Assembly: GCF_964204645.1 (NCBI RefSeq)
Contig: NC_134033.1
Location: 7,882,655-7,946,654, forward strand
Length of the DNA: 64,000 bases
Direction: 5' to 3'
Origin: Tubulanus polymorphus
Lineage: Eukaryota > Animalia > Nemertea
A program made the position numbers and the translations under genes. Positions 48,475 through 64,000 of the stretch are shown here, piece after piece; within the stretch, counting starts at the first letter, position 1; each line of letters begins with the position of its first letter. A model generated the notes under the pieces. That model was given only the letters and a program-made list of their open reading frames with translations, did not search any database and had not been told where the DNA came from.

Positions 48475-49227
48475 AGGCTGGCTTATGTCGACAAGCAACG
48501 CGACGCCTACCGACGCAACTGAGAGCAACCGCGATCGCAACCCAGCTTATGTCGACTGCGCTCCGATTCGCAGCAACTGAGGCCGACTATCGGGATATGA
48601 GATCCTCCCAGTTGCTTCCCTGCTTATGTCGGTTGCGATTACTAGCAACTGCAACGGCTCAAATGGTCACGTGATAAGCATTTCGAGAATAAATTTGAAT
48701 TATTAGGAAATATATTTCTATTAGAAAAGCTATTTCTTTAAGACTTTGATCTTTCTGATTCTGTTTTGAATACAATGTGCTAGCGACATCTATAAAGATG
48801 GCCGCTCACACCATAATTCTACCAATTTCGTTTCTAGATCTTCGGTCCAGTCCTCTGTCATGCTGAAGGTTCGGTTTACGTTTTGAACTACTTGAATTTG
48901 AAAGTTTATGACTAATTACGAATGACGCTAACTAGCGGTTATAATTTGTACTATGTATATGTGGTCTCTCATTGGCTGGAACCCCTGCGCTCAGTTCCGT
49001 CGCGTCGCAGATGAGCTTATGTCGGCTGCGATCGAAAGCAACTGCCCACCTACCGTAGGCCGGAGTAGAACATGGGCAACTTGCCACATACGGCTTGCAA
49101 TGAGTCGGTAGGCGTCGCGTTGCCGTCGCAAGCCAGCTTATGTTGAACCGATTGAGGAGCAACTGGTGGCCTCTCGTAAACCCAGTTGCGTTGGTAGGTG
49201 TCGCGTTGCTTTGACATAAGCCAGCCT
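48475..49227. mobile_element. PIF/Harbinger-type MITE
   Basis: TIR AGGCTGGCTTATGTC...; TAA duplication on both flanks. Confidence 0.85.
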
Positions 49228-49230
49228 TAA

Positions 49231-51203
<1,973 letters not shown>

Positions 51204-51910
51204 TGTAGGAGACAGACACAGACAGGTAAACAGGCAGACAGTTGAGGATGGAGAGCTATGTGGCGAGACAGACACAGACAGGTAAACAGGCAGACAGTTG
51301 TGGAGGGAGGGAGAGAGGGAGAGCGACAGCCACAGACAGGTAAACACGGTGTACAGGTAGACAGTTGACTGTATATCTGTATGTGATCAGATCAGTTATT
51401 TTTAAGTTGACAAGGTAAATGTTGACAAGGTTCCGTAAATTGTGGGATTTGAACCGAATTTCATTATTAACAATGAAAAAGTATTGTGACTAAACGACAG
51501 GTAGACTCATGCAATTTGTGTGTTTACTGTAAAACTGTAATGTCGGCCTGTCTACCATTCGGTAAAGAGGATGACCAAATGACCGCCATAAACATGCGCC
51601 AACTGCACTATTTCGACTTATAGGCCTATCGGACTTGGGCCATAAAACCAATATCAATGACCAGATCCACTATCCCTGTATAATAAAAAAACTTATTAAA
51701 AAAGGTTTCATGCTATTACATTTCAAAGAAGATGAATTTAATTTACTGTGGGGAAAAAATGAAGGACGCAACAAATTATGTAGCCTATTACACAATTTAT
51801 TTCTGTGAGAAGAGTATCCAAAAATTTATCAGAGAGAATAAATAAGTTTTATGGTAAAATGGGATGAAAGGAATTTGCTTTTTAAGTTTTTGCTTAGGCC
51901 TATACCCCGG

Positions 51911-52762
51911 TAGTTAGTGACCTAATCGTTGGTGGTAAGCTTTTTATAATCGAATGGGCTTATACCAACGTTAGGGATGACAAGAACCAAAACACGGTTG
52001 AAAAAAGTAAAACTTCAAAAATATACTTTCTATTCACTTCAGTCCACAATTAATGGCTTAATTCACAAACTAACACAGGTACCTTTTGAAATAATCCAAT
52101 TCTATGTATGTTTCGAATGATTAATCAACATTATTTTGAGAAATTAATTAATTTCTCCACAAATTTTGTCATTGGCCGCCATTTCTGTGTATTGCATACA
52201 TGTGGCATGATAGACAAGGTGACCTACAAGGATTTAGGCTATATAAAACTTTCAAGACGGAACGACAATTTTTATTTTTAATGGTTTTCAAACATCTATT
52301 TCAAATCTTCGTGCTTTCCATGATAAATAATGAAATAATAGATTCTGCATGAAGAAAAATGTGAATTATTAGTGTTGATTTCTTAATTTCGTCGTTTCGC
52401 TTCGTTAGTTTGTGCTGTTGTCCTGGCCTCAGTGCAGAGGTGCCAGCACCCTCCAGTAATTTTCAAAATGGCAGCTGTTGACTCGACGGAAATTTACTCT
52501 CACTTTACGGCTGATTTGCACATGGATTAAGATCGTCAGGTGAGGTGTTATAGGTATCAGACAAACAACGAATCTGTTGTGCGTCGATTAGGCCCTACAA
52601 CAAAAATTAGACGGATATCTTAAGAGACGATGAAATGCCAGGCAAATTACTCGTCAGTCAAATTGGCTGACGAAGATTGCATACAAAAATGACCTTCCCA
52701 TTCCTGACTGGTTTGTGAAAATATCCGATCGTGAAACTAAACCACAGACAGGTTACTGACTA
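51911..52762 (-). mobile_element. Second, inverted copy of the 46200-47049 MITE
   Basis: Reverse-complement match along its whole length; flanks ATACCCCGG / ATATCCCGG (8/9 TSD). Confidence 0.88.
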
Positions 52763-53398
52763 ATATCCCGGGATCATTAGCCCTATGCTAGAGATGCAAT
52801 GATGTTTGACGACTCATGCAGGGATGTTGTCACTAATTAGGGTTTTCTGACTTTCGTCGAAAACCCTCTTGAAATTCTGTTGATTATTATTATTATATAT
52901 TTTCCGCCGATTTCGTCAAATAAAATTCATCTTCATTCAGATTCGGCAACTGACAGCTTCGAAACGAAATGTATAAATTGATACTGTAATAATAACGGTC
53001 TCTCTGAACCAACAGATTCTCTGAATGTACTTTCCATCCTATTTGAAACTTAAAATTACTTATTAGGTTACTGTAAATAAAGAATTGAATTGAATTGTTA
53101 GACAACAAGCACCGGCGAAATAACAGTTTGTGACGTCATTTAGTAAGTAAATAAAGGAGGGCTCCGAGAATTTCCAAATCACGGGGACTATACTGGGGTT
53201 AGACCATTCAACCAAAAAGAGGATTGCTCCGATAATATCCAAATCATCTCATTTTATTTTTTCCATCGAATACCCGGTAGGCCTAATTAATTTTTCCTTT
53301 CGATCACATGCATCCAGAAAACCCGTTATCGCTGCTTTGCAGCTATATTTATGAATTAAGATCCTAGCAATGTTCTCCTTTTGTTCATTGCAGATAAA

Positions 53399-53778
53399 AT
53401 GCAACAGCGAAATGTAAAAAAACATGGACCACATCATCATTCCAAACAAAGTATAAACAGCGTTAAATCTGTAGCTCCCTCTAGTAACCGTTACGAGAAT
53501 TATTCGTGCCGGCGAGATAATCATTTACCAGTGCCGGCATTTGAGGAGAATTCACTGGTGAAATGTTCGGCAATTGTTTTCGTGTTGGCGATCGTTTGTT
53601 TTGGGATCAGCTACGATGGCGAATTCGCATTCGACGACAGTGAGGCAATCGTTGCCAATCGCGACGTCACCACAGACATCTCATTGGATCGAATTTTCAG
53701 CCACGATTTCTGGGGCCGGCGTTTGAATTCTTCGAACAGTCACAAGTCGTATAGACCTCTGACTGTTCTTACATTTCG
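53399..53778 (+). CDS. TMTC4: Protein O-mannosyltransferase TMTC4, first coding exon
   Basis: YDGEFAFDDSEAIVAN.D, HDFWG..L.S..SHKSYRPLTVLTFR; acceptor CAG ends 53393, donor CG|GTAAGT. Confidence 0.88.
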
Positions 53779-54391
53779 GTAAGTTTCAAATTCCACCACT
53801 GGACGATTAGTAAAAAGTAAATCAATTATTATCAATGACATAAATATCAAACGCTTGCAGACCTGCTTACCCCTACGGAATTTCCGTATTTGCTACGGAT
53901 TTTAATAGCCAAATACGGAAGCACGGATGCTCTTTATAAACTACAGCTTTTCATCCGTTCTTTACAAAATACGGATTTGTTTTATCTTTATATTTGTTTT
54001 ATCTTGAAAATATGGCTATAGTATATCATCAAATCTGTGACGGTTATGAACTTTCAAAAACGGGAGTAGGGGGTCCGTTTACTTCTACTGCTCGTAAATC
54101 TGGTCAGAGTATTGATTAGCACTGGTGGCAGTGGCATACATGTGCGTCCATTTATTTTTCACTGCATTGATGCTGTGTGTGATCAATATAATCTCTTTAC
54201 ACACACTATATGTAGCGTAGTATACATTAAAACTCTGGCATGTCTCTGCATCTACGTGGTACCTGAAAGATACTCACCGGACGAGCTTGTGCACTTGCTC
54301 ATACCAGGTTCAATCATCGTGGTAGCGTGATCCTCTTTTGTATCCTCAGAGTATATATATATGTGTAAACGTGTACGTATGTAATAATGTA

Positions 54392-56196
54392 TGTAAAATG
54401 GCGTCGCTACTAAGGGTTCGCCTGCGTCGCGTAAACAACGGGAAAGATGTTTATGAAGGGGTGTATGACCACCACAGGAAGATATGTTTGTGTGTAGAAT
54501 AACAAATGGCTCTCAGGCTTAACTCGACCGAACACACGAGTAAGCATTTCCCTGAATCCCGGGTGTAGATTGCTGATAGATCCAGGAACGCAACGACTGG
54601 GCCGACTCGAAAACTACCCTCCGGGAACTAAGGATCAGGCCCAACCCTATATTAGAACCTACAGACCACCCAATAACTCACAATCTCGTGGTAATACATG
54701 GACCCGAGTCGACCGTAAAACACACCACGTCACCCACCCCTCGACGTGGAATTTCATCGCTTGAGCCTAAATTGGATAGCGGAATAAACGGACACCGCCC
54801 ATCACCCGAACGGGATTGCACTACGTTCCGCTGGACTCTATCCGTTCCGAGAGTGAGCCTCTGCGCAGACCATGGACACTTGGACCAAATCCACGGTTTT
54901 ACTACCCAACATACTCATACGAAATCGTTAATATAATTTCACGTACTGCGACAGCAGCTTTTATTTAACCACAAGAAATCAACATACGTCATGCTCAAAG
55001 ACAAGATAGGTTCATACTCTGCAAATGCTTACATACTTACAAAAAGGGAAAAGACTATGCGATTGACACTTGCTATTAAACTTTAACCTCACACAACGAA
55101 CACATATAGACCACGGACATTACATAACCTTAAGGGTTGCCTACATGAATTTCATTAAAACTTAAGTACGCACACAAAGAAACCAGCCATAGAGGCCTAT
55201 GATAAAAATGACAACGAAGACGACAATAGCTTATAATGATATCAAGAGCAAACGATTATTAGACCCGTGTTAAATACTTAAGTATGAACGGGGAGAGATT
55301 AACATAAGACTCAATACATAACGATACGAATCAATCCGTCTCTAATACATAAGTATTGACGGACTATAGTTCAAAGATCCTATAGCCCAAATAGAAACAC
55401 AACCGAAACCCGTCTGTAATACATAAGTATGGATGGGAGTTATAATGCTTAAAGCTTAGGCTTACGGCCATATATATACACACAATAAACAGTAACTGAA
55501 TTCACCGTAATACATAAGTATTAGCGAATAATAACGCGTAGGCTAATAACGTATTTACAATAGGAGGGATTCTGTGGGCTTAAGGCCCTTGATTTTTAAC
55601 TCTGAAGGAAGGAACAGGCCCGAAACGCCGCCAGGTGGCGCTGTCCCCGGACCGACTTACATCTCTCAAGGATGGTCTCCGAGTAACTGGCTAAACTAAA
55701 GAACCGTGTGTCTTATATTCACGTATTGCCGACTCCGATGTGTTGCATCACTCCGCGTCGCTTCGCTGGTCGCTCAACAATGGCCGTCGAGGTAGATGTG
55801 CTTCTTCGCATTCTTCAGAGTCATTCCGCTGCCGAACTACGGATAGAAACTTAAACTCTCCCGCTAGGTGCGGGCCATGTGCTCGTACCGGAAGTAAACT
55901 AACCGGCGAAATCGGCTCAACTAATAAACTTCAGCTCTTGTCGCCTAAAAATGATGAAATTCGTAGATACTTGCACCGAGTCAAGACTTTATAATCCTCT
56001 TTCATACGGTATCGTACATGATAGCTTTCGACAATTATTTCGTGGTTTTGGTACTATTTACCACCGGGAACAATTTTGGGACTAAGGAGCCGCGGGTTAT
56101 CGCCGGCGCTGGAGTAAGGGGAAAGGTATCTTCTGCAAGGTCGCTAATAAACAAGGGGAAGGAGGTATCTGTCTTGAGAAATGAAATTTTGTTACA
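54392..56196 (-). mobile_element. Possible solo LTR in the TMTC4 intron
   Basis: TGTAA...TTACA ends, internal TAATACATAAGTAT repeats, no coding motifs; no clean TSD. Confidence 0.3.
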
Positions 56197-56531
56197 TATG
56201 CACACAGTCACTCGTGACAGCATACCAATGCTCACAATGGCGCACGCGTTATGATTACTTTTTCATGCAGTGTTTGAATGAAAAGTTTTTGAAATAAATA
56301 AACTTTCATTGAATATTTTATCATGACCTGACCTGAAAAATAGCAGCACCAGCCAAATACCTTTTCCATGATACTAAGTAGATTCACTCCAGGGAAAGGT
56401 CGATATTGTTAAATTATAAGCCACATTTTGAACATACTGTCTGTTAATTAAGAACAATTGAGGTTTATGGTTTACCTTTGTCAGCAGTATGAGCTTGGCA
56501 TCGAGCCAATTCATGTAAAATCGCGGTACGT

Positions 56532-58210
56532 TTTTAGCCCACTTGGGACTTTAGTACCAGCGGGCTATTGCGTTCACTTTTCGTCCGTCGTAGCGTCCGT
56601 CCGTCCGTAGACGGAATCCATTTATTTTGGGAAGTTTTGAAGACGCTTTAAGGTAATGTCTTGATATTTGGGTTACACATGTATCTACCCTAGACACATC
56701 TTCAGCTCAAAACTGGCCCTGTCAGATTCAAGATGGCCGACTGGCAGCCATTGTTGTTCGCCAAAATCAGCACTTTTTACACATTTTTGAACTTTTTGAG
56801 GGAAATTTTGAATACGCTTTGATCAATTACCTTGATCTTTCGGTTATATGTGAATCCCTCCAGGGCCCACCAGCATATCAAAAATTGGGTCGATCAGACT
56901 CAAGATGGCCGTCCTATGACCTTTTTAGTGCCCAAAAATGTTAATTTTGGCCCGAATTCTGAGTCCTGTAGCTTCCTACTGGTTTACCATTTCTCATTGC
57001 AATTTGTGATGGGTATTCTTTGGAAAGGGATGTTTTATACCTGAGAGAGGTATTTTTGATCAGCCAATTATGACGCAATTGGCGGCCATCTTGGTGTCAG
57101 CAGTACTCATTCGTAAGTGGGAAAAAGTTTTTCCACATTATATTGATACCTAAGCGTATTTTGTTACCACAATCATTTAGAAAGTTGTAGCTCATAACGT
57201 GTTCTATGATTGTGGTTAGTTTCAAGGTCATTGGATTTTATATATGGCCACCAGGGGGCGTTGAGTAATGCAATATCTTAGCATTTCTATATTATATTCG
57301 TACCTATGCATATTTTGTAACCACAATCAATTGGAAAGTTGTAGCTCATGACATAATCTATGATTGTTGCGAGTTTTACGGTCATTAGTTATTCTATATG
57401 GTCACCAGGGGGCGTTGAATAGTAGAATAACTTAATATTTCCTTATTATATTGGTACCTAGGCATATTTTGTTACCATGATCAATTACAAAGTTGTAGTT
57501 CATGACATGTTCTATGATTGTGGTAAGTTTCGAGGTAATTGGGTTTTGAATATGGTTACCAGGGGGCGTTAAATAGTAGAATAGCTTAGTATTTCCATAT
57601 TAAATTGGTAACGAGGCATATTTTGTTATCACAATCAATTACAAAATCGTAGCTGCTGACATGTTCTATGATTGTGGTGAGTTTCAAGTTCATTGGTTTT
57701 TGTATATGGTCACCAGGGGGCGTTCAATATTGAAATTGTTAGTTTTTTGAGCATTTGGAACCACTTCCCAAGTTGCCATGGTGTCCCTGGACCCCTAGTT
57801 CTATATGGTCACCAATGGGCATTGAATAGTAGAATAACTTAGTATTTCCTTATTAGATTGGTACCTAGGCATATTTTGTTACAACAACAATCAATTGCAA
57901 AGTTGTAGGTCATGACATTTTCTATGATTGTGGTGAGTTTCAAGGTCATTGTGTTTTCCATATGGTCACCAGGGGGCATTGAATTGTAGAATAACTTAGT
58001 ATTTCCATATTAAATTGGTAACGAGGCATATTATGTTATCACATCAATTACAAAATCATAGTTGCTAACATATTCTATGATTGTGGTGATTTTCAAGGTC
58101 ATTGGTTTTTGTATATGGTCACCAGGTGGCATTGAATATTGAAATTGTTAGATTATGAGCATTTGAAACCACTTCCCAACTGGGCATGGTGTCCCTGGAC
58201 CCCCTAGTGT
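56532..58210 (+). mobile_element. Helentron/DINE-1-like non-autonomous element (HINE) with 154-bp internal tandem repeats
   Basis: 5' TTTTTAGCCCACTTGGGACT, (TCCG)n microsatellite, GGTCACCAGGGGGCG repeats every ~154 bp, 3' GGTGTCCCTGGACCCCTAGT. Confidence 0.75.
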
Positions 58211-59593
58211 TAATAAGGGTCCCAATGAATCCAATTTTATTAGTTTCAACAGGGGCGGATTTAGGGGGGTACACCGGGTGGACAAGTACATCATGACTTT
58301 CTTAGTACAAAAATGAATCCTAGTGGGCTCTGATATGAGCCAGAAATGCCCCACTCAGCCCTAGAATTTCTGTAGAAGGGCTCCAGACTCCTCACCATTG
58401 TTGCCTTTGCAGCCCTCGAATTACCAAATCTGCCCTTTTCAAATTAAGTTCCAATTCCAATTCCAACGAATCCTTGATCTGCCCTTGATTCATTATTCCC
58501 TCACTGCGTACCCCTAAGTTGAGTTTAAGCCAGGAAATTCAAATCGCGTAGGCCTATGCGTGGAATTTTCATATTTCATTGAGATCACGTGACACTGATT
58601 TTATATACTGGCAGGTGCCCGATTGCAACAGTAAATTGCAGTGGTAGTTAACTAGGAGCAAAGCTCCGGATTTTCTAATCATTTTGAAGTGACTGATATA
58701 ATTGACCGTCAGTAATTGAAAATACTATTAACAAACCCTTGATTTATTTAGATTTTCTGAGCCTTATATTGATCAGTTTATTGGCTATACTGGGAAAACA
58801 TTCAGTACATGAAATGTTGCTTCATTAATGCCTGCATTCACTACGTATGTATTCCAGTTTTAGACTTTGTTTGCGTTGGCTCAGATTGTCTCTTACAGAA
58901 ATGTACCCAGATAAAAAAAGTTTTAAATCTTCCTACTATTACGGCCCATCAGGGCACTGCCCGCGCATTGCCTGCATCGGGGGTGATTTTTCATTCGGCA
59001 AACATGTCACTCCGTGACATCTAAAAATCACAGACCTCATACATCGATGCACTTTGATTTGTCAAGGTCAAAGAGGTCAGGTAAAGACGTGACGTAACCA
59101 TTGGTATAAAATCTATTTTGAAACAGATAGGCGGCTTATCTGTTATGCCTATGGCTTACCTTGAAAATATCCTTCGAATTTCATGACGGCAATGGATGGC
59201 TTTTGCCGATGATGTGTTCACTAACACATCATCGGCAAAAGCCGTCCAATCTTATATGGCATCGAACGTTATTTACTGTAGATAACTGTTGGTACCGTGT
59301 AAGATTATCAGTATGCCTTACCGGACTGGTAGAGTTTTGCACCGTCCTAGAATTTAAACAATTAGGCTAATAGCTTCTGATTGATTTTATCAATGTACTC
59401 GTGTTAGTAATGGAAATATTTTGAATTTCTTTCAGTAATGTCTCTCTAATAAAAGGACCATTTGTCAGTTTTGCAATACAATTTTATAGGAGAAACTAAA
59501 TTTACAGCTGTGAAGGTTTTTAGTCTTTGTATGCTAACGTATCGTTGACCGCTGGACCGATGGTCTGTTATTTTTATCATTACTATTTTATAG

Positions 59594-59807
59594 GTTCAAT
59601 TATATCGTGGCTGGTGGTTTAAATCCGATTGGTTTTCACGTCACTAATATCCTACTTCATGGTGTCGTTTGTGTTTTGTTATTGATTGTTTTGAATGATA
59701 TATTTCTCGATCGATGCGTGTACTCGTACTACGATGATGAATCATGCAGTAAATCAGCGATGTTCACTACGATTCTGTTCACCATTCATCCGATTCACAG
59801 CGAAAAT
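59594..59807 (+). CDS. TMTC4: TMTC4 coding exon 2
   Basis: FNYIVAGGLNPIGFHVTNILLH...LFTIHPIHSEN; TAG|G acceptor in phase with exon 1, AAT|GTGAGT donor. Confidence 0.88.
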
Positions 59808-60016
59808 GTGAGTGATATTAGCCCCGAAAGTATGCAGGATTTCTAGTCCCGGCTATGGTGTATGGTCTTGATATTTGTTTCATGTATGTATCCGCAGGGA
59901 GAAAATTGGCAAAATCACGATGGCCATATTGTGGACAATTTTGTTTGGCAGAACCAGCACTTTTTTTGCACATTTATGATGGTTTCATGGGGAATTTTGA
60001 AGACCCTTGAGTACAT

Positions 60017-60535
60017 TTTTAGCCCACTTGGGACTTTAGTTCCAGTGGGCTATTGCGTTTACTTTTCGTCCATCTGTTTGTCCATCCGTAGATGGAATCC
60101 AGTTATTTTGGGAAGTTTTGAAGACGCTTCAAGGTAATGTCTTGATATTTGATTTATACATGAATCTACCCTAGACACATCTTCAGCCCAAAAACTGGCC
60201 CTCTCAGATTCAAGATGGCCGACTGGCAGCCATTGTTGTTTGCCAAATTCAGCACTTTTTACACATTTTTGAAGTTTTCGAGGGAAATTTTGAAGACGTA
60301 TTTTGAAAATGTATTTCCGCATTATATTGATACCATAACATATTTTGTTACCACAATCAATTGGAAAGTTGTATCTCATAACGTGTTCTATGATTGTGGT
60401 GAGTTTCAAGGTCATTAGTTTTTGTATGGCCATTTGGACAAGGTGGCATTGAACAATGCAATAACTGAGTATTTCTATATTATATTTAGACCTATGCATA
60501 TTTTGTTACCACAATCAATTAAAAAGTTGTAGCTC
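60017..60535 (+). mobile_element. HINE copy interrupted by a LINE (resumes ~62225-62350)
   Basis: Same 5' end and repeat monomer as the 56532 copy. Confidence 0.75.
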
Positions 60536-62090
60536 AGTTCAGTTTCAGTTTCAGTTTATTGCTCACAATTAATACTTAATGCACAGAGTAGTTTACAAAA
60601 TAATAACAACAACATAATACACTTTTAATACAAAAAAAAGATACAAGATAGAATATCATGGCTTTAAACATATGATAATAAACCCTTTTTAACAAATATT
60701 GCTAAATTACTTGAGGCCTTTAGAATTTAAAAGACGTGCGAATTGGTCTGGTAATCTCCCAAAACGAGGGTGGATGAATTTTAGACGTAAATCCAAAAAT
60801 TATGTACGATTAAATAGAAAATGTTTCTCGTCACCAACAACATTAGCTTGGCATTTGACGCAGTATCGATTTTCCCTGGCAACACCCTGGTATCTACCTA
60901 ACTTTATTGGCAATTTATGATTACAGAATCTAAATCTGCACAAGGTAGTTCTCAAATCTTGTGGCAAGCTATTAAGGTAATTTTCGTAGCCCCAATCTAC
61001 TTTAAGAGATTTGTATGTTGAGGCACCCGGACCTTGCCAATTTTGGATATATTGATCTCTAATCCTTTGTTGTAATTAGGTTTTGAACAAATTTACATTT
61101 ACTTCTGACTGGTCAATCCAAAAATAACCTAGGCCAATAGTTTCTAACAGATTCTGTATATACATAATCCACTGATTTGAGTTACCCCTCAAATGTGATC
61201 AATATAAATAGCGATACATCATAGACGACATATTATTTTCATCGTTCACTAGTTTTGCCCAAAAGTTAAGCATACGTATCTTGATAGTAACCTCCAGGGG
61301 AAAACGACCCAGTTCCCCATATACAAATATACTGGGGGTCGACCTTCTCAACTTCCTTCGGCGTCCTTCTAGTTTTCCTTTTTGGAAAATGACCGCTTTA
61401 GTTTTTTCACAATTAATTACTAATTACATTGTTTACAATATACAATTAGCTGGTCTATCATACATTCAAGCCCTTCCGGACTGTCAGCCACCATAACCAT
61501 ATCGTCTGCGTACAATGTACATCAAAATAAATTCACTAAACCATAGCTCAACTTGGCCATCATCGGCAAAAAAACTTATTGAAGGGCAATTATTTTCCTG
61601 TAAATGCTGTTGCAGGTCGTTTACATATATGGAAAAGAGTACCGGGGACAAATTTTCGCCTTGCCTTAGGCCCATAAAAAATACTGATTTTTCGCCCCTT
61701 ACCGACACACATGACTTAACATGCTGATACATATTGTGGATGATTTTTGAAATTTTGCCGGTAATTCCTGTCTGAATCAGCTTGTGCCAAAGCGCTTTCC
61801 TCCAAATACTATCAAAACATTTTTGGTAATCTACGAACACACAATACAGCCTGCGATTTGATTTCAAGAACAAGTCAATTAAGGTTTTCAACATGAATAC
61901 GTGGTCGAGTATACTATGATTTTTGCGGAATCCCACTTGATTAATTAGTAACAAGCCTAAATTTCCCCTTTTGTTTAATAGAAAATTGTCGCCCTCATCA
62001 CTTTTCGAATTCGGAATAAGGCTTTTGATTTCTGTCTTTTTAAAGGGAAGGTAAAAAAAAAATGCCTGTCGCCTTTGTCTTCTCATCGCA
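60536..62090 (-). pseudogene. 5'-truncated CR1/L2-like LINE RT fragment with (CTGAAA)n tail
   Basis: QVGFR, FVDYQKCFDSIWR, GLRQGENLSPVLF, LYADD, GELGRFPL, LPIKLGRY..C..C..GDEKH; AATAAA(CTGAAA)n at the 3' end. Confidence 0.88.
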
Positions 62091-62450
62091 AAAGGGCTGA
62101 TTTTTGTGTGTGGCCTAACTATGTATAATTATCCAACCTAGCAGAACCTTGCTTGCCATCAGTGGAATCATGGATAACCGCAGTAGCGTTGGTAGCTGTC
62201 CATTGCAAAATTCTTGCTGATGGCAAGTTCTATGATTGTGATGAGTTTAAAGCTTCATTACTGTGTTTGTTCACTAGAGGTTATTGAATGCCCGGTATTG
62301 AAATTGACAGTTTGTCAAGGAAGTGGACATGGTGTCTGTGGATCCCTATCATGCGACTCAATTGACTAAAAGTTGAGTTTAAGTTACCCATACACCAAAC
62401 AGTCTCATAACAGGATTCGTGGGACACTGACTACCTATTTCTGATTTCAG

Positions 62451-62541
62451 GTGGCAGGTTTGGTTGGCAGAGCAGATCTTTTGTGCGCCGTCAGCTTTCT
62501 GACTTCACTCATATTTTACATTAGATCATGTAAAACAACCG
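62451..62541 (+). CDS. TMTC4: TMTC4 coding exon 3
   Basis: VAGLVGRADLLCAVSFLTSLIFY; TTTCAG acceptor, G|GTATGT donor. Confidence 0.88.
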
Positions 62542-63532
62542 GTATGTTCATATCATTCACTGGCCGCTGCCCTTCATAAACTTTATTTTTCTTAGTATAA
62601 TAGCCACGAGTACTTAAACATGGAGATCATCGTAAGATTGTCAAGTGCGATGATGATCTCTTTAGTTAGGGTTCGAGCTCTATTTTTGATTTTCAATTTT
62701 CTGGCCTTGGTGGAGTTTTAATGGACCTAAGTGCTGTTACTCGCAGCATGAACTGTTTAGTTTCGACAAGTTGCGTCGATTTATCGCTTTTCTAGTTATC
62801 AATAAATGCTCCCCATCTTATGTACTAATCACATCGCTTAGAGGGTGCGTATGTTTCAATGTGCAGAATTAAATAGTTCCAAATGTCACCTATTTTTTAC
62901 TCTCCCTTGTGTAAGAAATATAGATTTGGGGCGTTACTTTTGAACGAAGAATGTTAAGCGAAGCATACACCAACAAAGCGACTGGAGACAACTAGTTGCT
63001 AGTGAGCGAGTACCCTGCTCACATCGAAAATCTAATGAAAACCAGCAACTGCGTGGCTAGGTCCATAGCACACACATCGACAGCAACTATGATGTGTAAT
63101 CTAGCAAATATTCTCAGGGCATCTCGAATCACGTGACAAATTGCTTTGCTTTAGTCAGTTACAACCATGTGTTTTTGATTATAGAGCGCTCACATCGACG
63201 GATTTGACAGTAATTGAGTACAACTAGTTGCTCAAAAGTAGAACATGGGCAACTGGTTGGAACTGTAGATAGATGGACGCTAACCGGTCATAAGCTAGCT
63301 CACATCGACGCGTTCGAGCAACTGATTGTATCCAGCCAGTTGCTCTCATGCGCCAAAAACTGCCTGGCAACTAGTTGTCTCCAATTGCAGTGTCGATGTA
63401 GACTAGGCTTTATACGCGCCGATTACATTCTCCAATCAATGTCCATACCATGTGTAGTTTATCATTGCGTTTTATATTTTGAGCCTCAGGACCCTTGTTC
63501 CTCTAGTTGAACAGTAAATCAATAATCTGATA

Positions 63533-64000
63533 ATTAGCCCACTTGGGACTTTAGTCCCAGCAGGCTATTGGGTTCACTTTTCGTCCGTCGTCCGTCCGTC
63601 CGTCCGTAGACGGAATCCAGTTATTTTGGGAAGTTTTGAAGACGCTTCAATGTAATGTCTTGATATTTGGGTTACACATGTATCTACCCTAGACACATCT
63701 TCAGCCCAAACACTGGCCATGTCAGATTCAAGATGGTCTACTGGCAGCCATAATTGTTTGCCAAAATCAGCACTTTTTACACGTTTTTGAAGGAAATTTT
63801 GAAGACGCTTTGATCAATTTTCTTGATCTTTCGTATATGATTTTGGTGAGTTTTAAGGACATGAGTTATTCTATATGGTCACCAGGGGGCGTTGAACAGT
63901 AGACTAACTTAGTATTTCCTTATCATATTGGTACTAGGCATATTTTGTTACCGTGATCAATTGCAAAGTTGTAGTTCATGACATTTTCTATGATTGTGGT
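63533..64000 (+). mobile_element. Third HINE copy, runs off the window
   Basis: TTAGCCCACTTGGGACTTTAGT, (TCCG)n, same internal monomer. Confidence 0.8.

Overview
AT-rich, repeat-dense eukaryotic (invertebrate-like) genomic DNA. The main feature is a ~17 kb decaying endogenous Polinton/Maverick-like virus (adintovirus type) at 3268-20536. It carries the C-terminal half of a protein-primed PolB, HNH nucleases, a minor capsid (penton), a major capsid, a block of membrane proteins, two packaging ATPases and an rve integrase-chromodomain. It looks like a chimera of two related viruses, is bounded by imperfect AGT-starting inverted ends (the right one folds into a 269-bp hairpin), and nearly all its genes start at a T-run...TAAATG motif. 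A second relic at ~37560-40718 holds the N-terminal half of pPolB and stops almost exactly where the first copy starts. Host genes are a GT32 glycosyltransferase-like exon (32.3-33.4 kb) and the first three coding exons of TMTC4 (53.4-62.5 kb). The rest is nested transposon debris: LINE, BEL/Pao and Penelope relics, many MITEs, Helentron-like HINEs, a 1.9 kb element with long terminal direct repeats, a 190-bp satellite and a 2-kb compound microsatellite. All calls come from reading motifs by eye; no database searches were run.
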